DNA of 24,820 nucleotides, from the NCBI GenBank assembly GCA_043800255.1, contig JAZDNF010000011.1:1-24820 (forward strand). Direction: 5' to 3'. Shown here one piece after another: positions 16,068-23,500 of the stretch (positions are counted from its first letter, which is position 1; every line of letters begins with the position of its first letter). The notes below the pieces were generated by a model. The model was not told the DNA's origin, searched no databases, and saw nothing but the letters and a program-made list of their open reading frames with translations. The stretch is from Candidatus Altiarchaeota archaeon (GTDB taxonomy: Archaea; Altiarchaeota; Altiarchaeia; IMC4; SCGC-AAA252-I15). Made by a program: the position numbers and the translations under genes.

Positions 16068-16223
16068 ATGGCCAGGGTCAAGACAGTAGAGAAGAAGGCG
16101 ATACTGGTGAAGCAGAACAGGGTCAGGAAGAGGGCCCCCGTTTGGGTTTACGCGAAGACTAACAGAAATGTCAGAGACTCCCCCAAATCCAACAGGAACT
16201 GGAGGAGAGATAGCATATTCTAG
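16068..16223 (+). CDS. rpl39e: 50S ribosomal protein L39e (absent from the ORF track)
   Basis: Hand translation MARVKTVEKKAILVKQNRVRKRAPVWVYAKTNRNVRDSPKSNRNWRRDSIF (51 aa) has the P-x-W-x3-KT and R-x-WRR signatures. Confidence 0.92.
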   Translation: MARVKTVEKKAILVKQNRVRKRAPVWVYAKTNRNVRDSPKSNRNWRRDSIF

Positions 16224-16738
16224 GCAGTAACAGCAGGCTTGATGGTTCTTTTGATCATGTCCAACGATTCACCCTTCCTTAGGGAATCCTTGTGAATGAA
16301 TGGTATCTTCAGTATTTCAGCCGTGTCTCTGACGCGAGCATCATCTGACACCAGGATAACCGAGTCTCTGGGGATGATCGACTTCAAAGTCAGTGCGAAG
16401 TCGATGCCGTGGTCACCGTACAAGTCTATGGCACTCTCACCCTCCTTAGGCATCCTAGAACGCATGTAAGCGTCGACTATCGCACCCGCAAGCCTGTTGT
16501 GGCCTTTTCCAACTATAGTATAACCTTCATCGATTGTTCTCGCATTCCTGATGCGCACACTGTCCCCATACAAGTCCTGAAGCATGCTGTTCATCCTGTC
16601 AATGTCGCCCTCATCGTCTTCTAAGACGAGTATAATGTCCCTCGGCGGAACGCCTTCCCCGATTTCCTTCGGCCGCGGAACAGCCCCGCTCTGCTTAACC
16701 CCTGAGCCGCCCTTCTCTTTGAAAACTTGTTCGACCAT
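16220..16738 (-). CDS. Stand-alone response-regulator receiver-like protein (paralog 1)
   Basis: ILVLEDD, AIVDAYM (phospho-Asp position), VILVS and FIHK. Confidence 0.8.
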   Translation of the reverse strand: MVEQVFKEKGGSGVKQSGAVPRPKEIGEGVPPRDIILVLEDDEGDIDRMNSMLQDLYGDSVRIRNARTIDEGYTIVGKGHNRLAGAIVDAYMRSRMPKEGESAIDLYGDHGIDFALTLKSIIPRDSVILVSDDARVRDTAEILKIPFIHKDSLRKGESLDMIKRTIKPAVTA

Positions 16739-16739
16739 G

Positions 16740-17258
16740 TTAATTCTTCACCTTATCAGAAGGCCGGATAGTGTCCTTTATCAGCTTCTTAACCTCCTGG
16801 GAAATGTTGGGGTACCCATCCAGTTCGTCCTTGTGGATGAAGGAGACCCCAATCTTGCCAGCCTCCTGCTCTATGTAGTCTGCATCAGAGCAGATGATGA
16901 CATTAGGAGTAGCAGCTTTGATCGACATTGCGAAAGCGAAACCGTGAGGGCCGTATAAATCTACCGCCTTTTCGTGGGCCTCCGGCTCCCTTTGCACCAT
17001 GTGTATGTCCACTACAGCTCCCATCAGCCTGCCCTTCTCTTCGGTCAGGAGTTTGGCGCCTGCTTCCAGGTTTTTTGCAGTGACAATTCGAACGTTGCCG
17101 AGTACGTCATATAGAAGCGAATATATCAGGTCTCTATAATGCTCATCGTCCTCTAAGACGAGGACAGTGTCCCTTTTTTGACCGCTGGGAATCTGGATTG
17201 GGCCGGGTAGTTTAGACGCTTCCCTGCCTCCCGGCGGTTTCAGCTTCTCCCCGGTCAC
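16740..17258 (-). CDS. Stand-alone response-regulator receiver-like protein (paralog 2)
   Basis: VLVLEDD, AVVDIHM, VIICS and FIHK; clearly similar to its neighbour. Confidence 0.8.
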   Translation of the reverse strand: MTGEKLKPPGGREASKLPGPIQIPSGQKRDTVLVLEDDEHYRDLIYSLLYDVLGNVRIVTAKNLEAGAKLLTEEKGRLMGAVVDIHMVQREPEAHEKAVDLYGPHGFAFAMSIKAATPNVIICSDADYIEQEAGKIGVSFIHKDELDGYPNISQEVKKLIKDTIRPSDKVKN

Positions 17259-17298
17259 GGATTATTATGGGACGTTGGAGAAGATAAGGCGCAGGAAC

Positions 17299-18204
17299 TT
17301 ATTTTGACTTGGAGAATATTTCCTCCAGTTTGCTGATGATGTCCTTGTTGCCTACGTAGACTGGAACCCTCTGGTCGACGTGTTCAGGCTTTATCTCCAG
17401 TATCGACTTGAAGCCGTTGCTTGATTTTCCGCCGGCGTTTTCCATGATATAGGACATCGGATTGCACTCTATGACAAGCCTCAGTTTGCCTTCAGGCTTG
17501 TCCACAAGCTCAGGGTAGCCGAAGAAGCCGCCGTATATGAGAACCTGGTTGAAGTCTCCCACGAAAGCTCCGCCGTACCTCAGCTTCTTGCCCTCGCTCA
17601 CAAGCCAGTCCACAAAAGTCTTGAACCTGGGAGTCCACTTTTTGGGCAGGCCGCCTGGCCCGTAGAGTTTGCCAGTATCAGGGAGTTTCATGCTCTCCCT
17701 GCCCAGTAGGAAATCCTTGCTGCCTTTCCTGCCTTTCACGAACTCGTGCACGCCTTTGCCCGCGCAGTACACGAGAGTGTTGATCGGCCCGTAGAGGTTA
17801 TAGAATGCGCAGACCTGCTTTTTTCCGGGAACGAGTAAGTCCTTCTCTTTGTGTATGCCTATTATTGTGCCGAACAGGTTGTTCGACTCTATATTGGAGG
17901 AGCCGTCAAGGGGGTCCATGGTCACAGTGTAGGAGCCGGTCCCGTCAGGGTTCTGCAGGGGCTCGCCGAGCTCCTCGCTTATGACCGTCTTCACCAATCC
18001 TGTCTTAAGCAGGGCGTCAGCCAAGACATCGTTAGTCCACACGTCCAGCGCCTTCTGCTCTTCCCCGTAGATGTTCTCAGAGCCTGCCTTCCCCCGCCTG
18101 TGCGGGAGCTCCGCGTGTATAGTGTCAGTAATATCAGCAACCGCCAACACGATCTTGGCAACATCATCATCAATGTCCTGCAAATGCTCGTTTAGGGAGA
18201 CCAT
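17299..18204 (-). CDS. fbp: Fructose-1,6-bisphosphatase class I
   Basis: GEEQKALD, SEE, DPLDGSSN, RYGGAFVGD and GKLRL motifs. Start placed at MVSLNEH (18204). Confidence 0.95.
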   Translation of the reverse strand: MVSLNEHLQDIDDDVAKIVLAVADITDTIHAELPHRRGKAGSENIYGEEQKALDVWTNDVLADALLKTGLVKTVISEELGEPLQNPDGTGSYTVTMDPLDGSSNIESNNLFGTIIGIHKEKDLLVPGKKQVCAFYNLYGPINTLVYCAGKGVHEFVKGRKGSKDFLLGRESMKLPDTGKLYGPGGLPKKWTPRFKTFVDWLVSEGKKLRYGGAFVGDFNQVLIYGGFFGYPELVDKPEGKLRLVIECNPMSYIMENAGGKSSNGFKSILEIKPEHVDQRVPVYVGNKDIISKLEEIFSKSK

Positions 18205-18276
18205 TCTAAACCACCAACAGATATTAAGATTAGAGGATAAAAAAAGACTTTTATTCATGCACTAGGATTAATAAGC

Positions 18277-19392
18277 ATGGACTATTCTAAGCCTGTTTCT
18301 GGGAAGGAGCTTTTCAAGGCGCTTGAGGGGAAAGACTGCATCGTAATGGCAGCCAACATGAGGATAAGCCACAGCGCCAGAGGCGTTATGATGGCAGCCA
18401 AAGAGAAGAACGCCGCCGTATTGTTCGAGATAGCGAAATCCGAGGTCGAATATACCGGCCAGACGCCGCAGATTTTCATGGACAACATACTGAAGACCGC
18501 CAAAGAATTGAAGTTCAACCAGCCGTATGCGGTCCACGGCGACCACATCACAGTCAAGGACACAAGCCCTGAAGCGTATAAGGGCGCTGAAGACCTCATC
18601 AAGGCAGAGCTTGCCGCAGGATTCACCTCGTTCGCAATAGACGCGTCCCACAACTTCAACGAAGAGGCTAAGACAACAAGAGAGCAGCTCGCAGACAACA
18701 TCAGCATCACAACGAAGCTGGCTGCCCTGATACCAAAGGGAGCTGGCCTTGAGGTCGAAGTCGGCGAGGTCGGCAGGACAGACCCGAAGACGGGGAAGCA
18801 GCTGATTACCACAGTGGACGAGGCCGTGACTTTCATAAAGGCGGTGCAGGCTAACGGCGTCAGGCCTGACCTGCTTGCGATAAACAACGGGAGCATCCAC
18901 GGAAACATGTTTGACAAAGAGGGTAACATCTTAGAGCAGGTTAGCATAGACACCAAGAGAACAGAGGAGATAGTTGACGCCATCAGGCCACTTGGCGTAA
19001 AACTCGCCCAGCACGGCATAACTGGAACCCCGCTGAGGCTCATGCACCTCCTCATAGAGGCCGGAATCTCGAAGGGGAACGTGGGGACGAACTGGCAGAA
19101 CATAGTGGTAGAGCACATGGACCCAACCATAAGGAAGAAGATGGAAGACTGGACGCTCCAGAGCGACCACGCCAAGAAGATGAAGGCCAAAAAACCGGAA
19201 ATCAGCCAGAAAGAGCTGATAGCCAAGAACATAAAGCATTCGATAAAAGTCTTCAAGGCCGAAATCGACGGCATGGACAGGAAGTACGTCCAAAAAATCC
19301 ACGAAGCAACCAAAAAATCAGCGCTCGAATTCTTCGACGCGTTCAACGCCGAAGGAACGGCAGGTATAGTAAAAGACTATCTGGAAAAGTAA
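18277..19392 (+). CDS. fba: Fructose-bisphosphate aldolase class II
   Basis: Motifs VHGDH, IDASH, EVEVGEVG, NGSIHG, AQHGITG and KGNVGT. Confidence 0.92.
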   Translation: MDYSKPVSGKELFKALEGKDCIVMAANMRISHSARGVMMAAKEKNAAVLFEIAKSEVEYTGQTPQIFMDNILKTAKELKFNQPYAVHGDHITVKDTSPEAYKGAEDLIKAELAAGFTSFAIDASHNFNEEAKTTREQLADNISITTKLAALIPKGAGLEVEVGEVGRTDPKTGKQLITTVDEAVTFIKAVQANGVRPDLLAINNGSIHGNMFDKEGNILEQVSIDTKRTEEIVDAIRPLGVKLAQHGITGTPLRLMHLLIEAGISKGNVGTNWQNIVVEHMDPTIRKKMEDWTLQSDHAKKMKAKKPEISQKELIAKNIKHSIKVFKAEIDGMDRKYVQKIHEATKKSALEFFDAFNAEGTAGIVKDYLEK

Positions 19393-19394
19393 AT

Positions 19395-20321
19395 CTACTT
19401 CCAGTAGGGCTCTTTTATGTGATGATAGGCCGTTAGTGCGGCTGTGCAGCCTTCGCCGATTGCTGTTGCAATCTGGAGGATTCCGCCTGTCACGTCGCCG
19501 GCCGCGAACACTCCAGGGACGTTGGTCTCCATGTTCCGGTTGACAATTATGTAACCTTTGTCGTCAGTCTCTATGCCCAAGTCCTTCGCGAACTGCGACG
19601 TTGGAACATTCCCTATCGAGATGAAGACGCCGTCCACGTCCAATCTGCTTTTCTTACCATTAGTTGTGTCCTTCAGTTTGACGTACTCCACGAAATCTCT
19701 GCCGCCAATCTCCTCAACAACAGAGTCGTATATTATCTTCCCGCCCTTGGCCTCGAAGGCTCTGACCCTCTTCTCCTCAGCCCGCAGCTTATCCCTCCTG
19801 TGCACTACAGTCACATTCTTCGCGATGCCTGCCAGGTAAATGGCCTCGTTGACTGCTGAATTACCGCCGCCGATGACAGCAACCCTTTTATCCCTGAAGA
19901 AGGGGCCGTCGCAGGTGGCGCAGTAGCTCACCCCCTTGCCTGTGAATTCTTCCTCGCCCTTGACTTCCAGCTTCCTGTGCGAGCCGCCCGTCGCGATTAT
20001 GAACGCCTTAGCATAGTACTCTTTTGAGCTGCTCTTAGCCTTGAACCCTGATGCCGTCTTCTCCAGGCGCAGTATGTCGTCTGAGGCGAAAACCACGCCC
20101 AATTTTTTAGCCTGCTCCTCCATCTTCGAGGCAAGCTCCTGCCCTGATATCAGCTCATAGCCGGGGTAGTTGCCTATGTCAGACGCCAGGAGCATCTGAC
20201 CGCCAGGCTGGATTTTCTCAACCAGCAGGACTTTTAGGTCCCTCCTGACCGCGTAAATCGAGGCTGAGAGTCCGGCCGGCCCGCCTCCTAGTACCAGAAC
20301 ATCATACTCCATAAATACCAC
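19395..20321 (-). CDS. trxB: Thioredoxin-disulfide reductase (start may be 20312)
   Basis: Motifs GGGPAG, SYCATCDG, GGGNSA, HRRD and FAAGD. Confidence 0.96.
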   Translation of the reverse strand: MVFMEYDVLVLGGGPAGLSASIYAVRRDLKVLLVEKIQPGGQMLLASDIGNYPGYELISGQELASKMEEQAKKLGVVFASDDILRLEKTASGFKAKSSSKEYYAKAFIIATGGSHRKLEVKGEEEFTGKGVSYCATCDGPFFRDKRVAVIGGGNSAVNEAIYLAGIAKNVTVVHRRDKLRAEEKRVRAFEAKGGKIIYDSVVEEIGGRDFVEYVKLKDTTNGKKSRLDVDGVFISIGNVPTSQFAKDLGIETDDKGYIIVNRNMETNVPGVFAAGDVTGGILQIATAIGEGCTAALTAYHHIKEPYWK

Positions 20322-20386
20322 CCAAAAGGATAGGTAATAAACATTTTTAAGCTAATGCTTAATAATAGATAAGTTAAGGTGATTCG

Positions 20387-20887
20387 ATGAACATATACCG
20401 TATTTTCTACAATCACAGGCACGACGAGATTGTTGTAAAAAGGGATAAGCTGCTGGACAGACTCCAGAAGAAGAGGTCGTTCACAGACGAAGACATTCTG
20501 GAGATAATGAAATTCAAGGGAGTAGGCCCGAAGGAGGACTACAAGAACGTTAACTCCATGAGGGTGACGTCTGAAGCTTTCATCGAGCCTGACCTTAACA
20601 AGAAGATGATGATACTCCGCAGGCTCAGGGGAGTCGGCATGGTAATGGCCTCCGCGATACTGTCGTTCCAGAACCCCTACGAGTACGCAATCATAGACAC
20701 CCCCACATGGAATCTTCTCGTGAGAAGGTTCGGATTCAACGCAGATGAGAAGAAAGGCGTCGACTACTCCGTAAAGGAGTATCAGAATTACATGCAGGAG
20801 ATCAAGGCGATTGCAAACGAGTACGGGATGAAACCCGTAGATGTTGAGCTGACACTATACCTGATAGACAAAAAAAGGATACAATGA
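20387..20887 (+). CDS. Helix-hairpin-helix protein, HhH-GPD DNA-glycosylase-like
   Basis: LRRLRGVGMVMASAIL followed by P-x2-YAIID and a C-terminal VELTLY. Confidence 0.7.
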   Translation: MNIYRIFYNHRHDEIVVKRDKLLDRLQKKRSFTDEDILEIMKFKGVGPKEDYKNVNSMRVTSEAFIEPDLNKKMMILRRLRGVGMVMASAILSFQNPYEYAIIDTPTWNLLVRRFGFNADEKKGVDYSVKEYQNYMQEIKAIANEYGMKPVDVELTLYLIDKKRIQ

Positions 20888-21252
20888 GATTGCTCTACTT
20901 CCTGGTAATAGCATTCCTCATGTCACTGCTCGACATACTCTACACGTTCACGAACGTTAACATACTGAGAAAACACACCAGACACTGGAAGGACACTGAA
21001 TACAACCCTCTCGTAAGAAGCTCCTGGCACATCTTCGGATTCTTCGACGGCACCGTCATTGCGGGAGCGCTCACGCTTGCAGTGGTCCTGATACTATCAT
21101 ACATGATAGGAGAGGACGAATTCCTCCAGGGTTTTGTCATCGGGATCTTCGTGATAGTCCACCACTACCATTACATAAACTACGCCTACATCAGGCAGAA
21201 GTACCTGAACAAGAAGTCGAGCCTGGTGGAAAGGATACTGTCAAATATCTAG
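20884..21252 (+). CDS. Small integral membrane protein (about 3 TM; DUF5658-like D-x2-YT...E-x-NP)
   Basis: Hydrophobic segments and the LDILYT...EYNPL pattern; ATGA overlap with the upstream gene. Confidence 0.75.
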   Translation: MRLLYFLVIAFLMSLLDILYTFTNVNILRKHTRHWKDTEYNPLVRSSWHIFGFFDGTVIAGALTLAVVLILSYMIGEDEFLQGFVIGIFVIVHHYHYINYAYIRQKYLNKKSSLVERILSNI

Positions 21253-21256
21253 TTTG

Positions 21257-21372
21257 GAGGGAGGTCGTTACGTTTTACGTTAGCGTCCCTTCCTATGCGA
21301 TGCATTCACTGTTAGACTCCTGCATCCACCAAGGGCAAAGTTAAATTATGTTGTTGCGTCCGACTCTCCCTC
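21257..21372 (-). ncRNA. Candidate unclassified structured ncRNA (~116 nt)
   Basis: Ends pair (GAGGGAGAGTCG / CGACCTCCCTC). Inner stems are CCCTT/AAGGG and GATGCA/TGCATC. A BRE/TATA-like ACAAGGTTTTATAC sits about 21-28 nt upstream on the minus strand. Confidence 0.5.
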
Positions 21373-21469
21373 GTTATAACATCCGAATAAGAGTATAAAA
21401 CCTTGTCTATTGAGCGGTAGAAAAGTAATAAAACCGGTGCTTAAATTGCGCCCTTCGAATATATACCAT

Positions 21470-22561
21470 ATGAATTACGGAACGATGTTTTTCATGTTCC
21501 TGATAGCGTCGTCAAGCGCCTCAGCCTGGAACATCTACACGCAGGAGCACATATGCGAGAAGGCTGTTGAGCAGATATGGAACACAGCTGTGGCAGACAA
21601 CTGCCTGCCGAGGATGAACTCCAAATTCATAGAAACTATCTGCAGGGAAGTGTACGAGGTCAAGGGACCAGACTATTATAACAGCTGCATGAACCTGGTG
21701 AACGACAAAACATTCCTGCATCCATCGGAGATACCGCCGACACTCTTCAAGGACACAACGTTGCACTATGACTACTCCAGCTGCCCTGCCGCGCCTGGGC
21801 CAACGCTCAGGATGCTGTGCGGGAACAGGGACGATCATCCGGCATCAGACCTTGCTGAGGTGTGGTTCAAGAGGGCCGAGCAGGCGAATGAGATATGCCT
21901 GAGAGTGTATGACTTCTGCATTGGAGCCCACTATTATGCTGACTCCGAAAACCCGCTGAACCAGATGAAGAACGTGAGGGAGAGGGACTGCAAAGCCCCG
22001 CTGATGAACATGGTGGACGACCGCCTCAGAGCCAACGACGACAACTGGCAGGCCTCAAAAAGGTGTAGGTTCGAAGGCGTCGAGTACGAGCAGACTCTGA
22101 GCATAACGGACGAGAGGATCACGAACATAATAGCCGCGCTCTACGAGAGGGGCGTCAACCTGTCGGAGCTGAGCTTCAAGCAGCAGAGCAAGGTCGTGCT
22201 GCTCGCGAATTCGATAGACTTCGACCTGGGCTTCAACTTTTACAATTATCTTCTGACTAGGAACGTTGACATCGTCCGCTCCACTGCAGAGGAATTCCTG
22301 GCATACCAGTACAGCCCATACGTGATAATACTTGGCGGCCAGAACGCCCCCGAAGGCGTTGGAGAGGTTGTGAGGACGGTCTTGACCAATGAAGAACAGG
22401 AGAACCTCATAGCCTCGCCGGTTAACACGATAGCGGCAGAGAAGGGTGACGTGTGGAAGCTGGGCCAGAAGGTCTGGGTGCTCGCAGGATACGACAGGTT
22501 CCTCACCCAGAACGTCTCAGAATCCAACCGAGAGCTGGTTTACAAGCAGATAAGAGCATGA
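21470..22561 (+). CDS. Secreted protein: degenerate Zn-dependent phospholipase C/P1-nuclease-like domain plus C-terminal S-layer/cell-surface-type domain
   Basis: Signal peptide ...SASA|W, motif HYYAD-x3-PLN, many Cys, and a C-terminal LANSID...VIILGGQNAPEGVG...VLAGYDR. Start placed at ATG 21470. Confidence 0.7.
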   Translation: MNYGTMFFMFLIASSSASAWNIYTQEHICEKAVEQIWNTAVADNCLPRMNSKFIETICREVYEVKGPDYYNSCMNLVNDKTFLHPSEIPPTLFKDTTLHYDYSSCPAAPGPTLRMLCGNRDDHPASDLAEVWFKRAEQANEICLRVYDFCIGAHYYADSENPLNQMKNVRERDCKAPLMNMVDDRLRANDDNWQASKRCRFEGVEYEQTLSITDERITNIIAALYERGVNLSELSFKQQSKVVLLANSIDFDLGFNFYNYLLTRNVDIVRSTAEEFLAYQYSPYVIILGGQNAPEGVGEVVRTVLTNEEQENLIASPVNTIAAEKGDVWKLGQKVWVLAGYDRFLTQNVSESNRELVYKQIRA

Positions 22562-23466
22562 ACAAGACCCCGGTCATCAAAATCATCGGAGTGGGTGGCG
22601 CGGGAAACAACGCCTTGGACCATCTTGCGCAGGACAGGATTGGAAACGTCGAAATAGTCGCCGTGAACACCGACGCACGAGTTCTTCTAAGGTCTAAGGC
22701 TGACAGGAAGGTGCTCATAGGCAAGGACATCTCAGGAGGGAATAGCACAGGCAACAACATAAAGATGGGCGAGAGATGCGCCAAATACGACATAGAAAAG
22801 ATAGCTGAAGTCGTTGACGATTCAGACCTCGTGTTCATAATATGTGGCCTCGGCGGCGGGACGGGGTCGGGCGCTTCACCCGTGATAGGCGACCTTGCCA
22901 GAACCAAGGGGGCTCTGACGGTTGCAGTCGCAACCACGCCGTTCAATTCCGAGGGCGAGCCAATCAGGGAAAACGCTGAGAAGGGTTTGGGAAGGCTTAA
23001 GAACAACGCTGACGCGGTGATATTGTTCTCGAACGAGAAGCTCCTCAAGGTCATGCAGGACCAGCCGATAACCGAGGCTTTCGATTCCGTAAACAGGATG
23101 ATAGCTGGGATAGTGAGAGAGATGGTCTCAATCATAGGGGAGGAAGGCGTCGTGAACTTGAGCATAGCCGACCTCCGCTCAGTGCTGAAGGAGGGCAGGA
23201 CTGTGGCATGCGCTATCGGCAGGGGAGAGGATCCGATGTCATCCCTCAGGGACGTCCTGAAATCGCCGTTCGCGGAGGTGGATTTCAGGTCGGTGAAGAA
23301 CATCTTCATAAACGTGTCAGGGAACATCAGCACAAAGCTTGAGGACGTCGAAGCCGCCATCAAATTACTGGCTAACAAGACAGGAGGGAAGGTTGATATC
23401 CTGTGGGGCATGCAGAATAAGCTGCCCCAAGAGGAAGAGGTGAGAACTCTTCTCATCCTCTCTTAG
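22558..23466 (+). CDS. ftsZ: Divergent FtsZ/tubulin-family GTPase (core only, 302 aa)
   Basis: GVGGAGNN, VNTD, GLGGGTGSG and PFNSEG motifs. ATG 22558 overlaps the upstream stop; the track start at 22453 is too long. Confidence 0.88.
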   Translation: MNKTPVIKIIGVGGAGNNALDHLAQDRIGNVEIVAVNTDARVLLRSKADRKVLIGKDISGGNSTGNNIKMGERCAKYDIEKIAEVVDDSDLVFIICGLGGGTGSGASPVIGDLARTKGALTVAVATTPFNSEGEPIRENAEKGLGRLKNNADAVILFSNEKLLKVMQDQPITEAFDSVNRMIAGIVREMVSIIGEEGVVNLSIADLRSVLKEGRTVACAIGRGEDPMSSLRDVLKSPFAEVDFRSVKNIFINVSGNISTKLEDVEAAIKLLANKTGGKVDILWGMQNKLPQEEEVRTLLILS

Positions 23467-23500
23467 ACCGTTATTTAACAGTATTTCTAATTGATATTGC

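Noticed and set aside
18268-19346. Long antisense ORFs over fba (similarly 1684..2349, 12596..13204, 14534..15049)
   Set aside because: They are shadow ORFs opposite genes with clear motifs or more natural composition.
21257-21372. Box C/D guide RNA, 5S rRNA or small CDS
   Set aside because: No RUGAUGA/CUGA boxes, no 5S conserved loops and no convincing ORF. It is retained only as an unclassified ncRNA candidate.
22503-23456. 317-aa antisense ORF over ftsZ
   Set aside because: It is an antisense mirror of the ftsZ frame, Ser/Pro-rich with no motifs.
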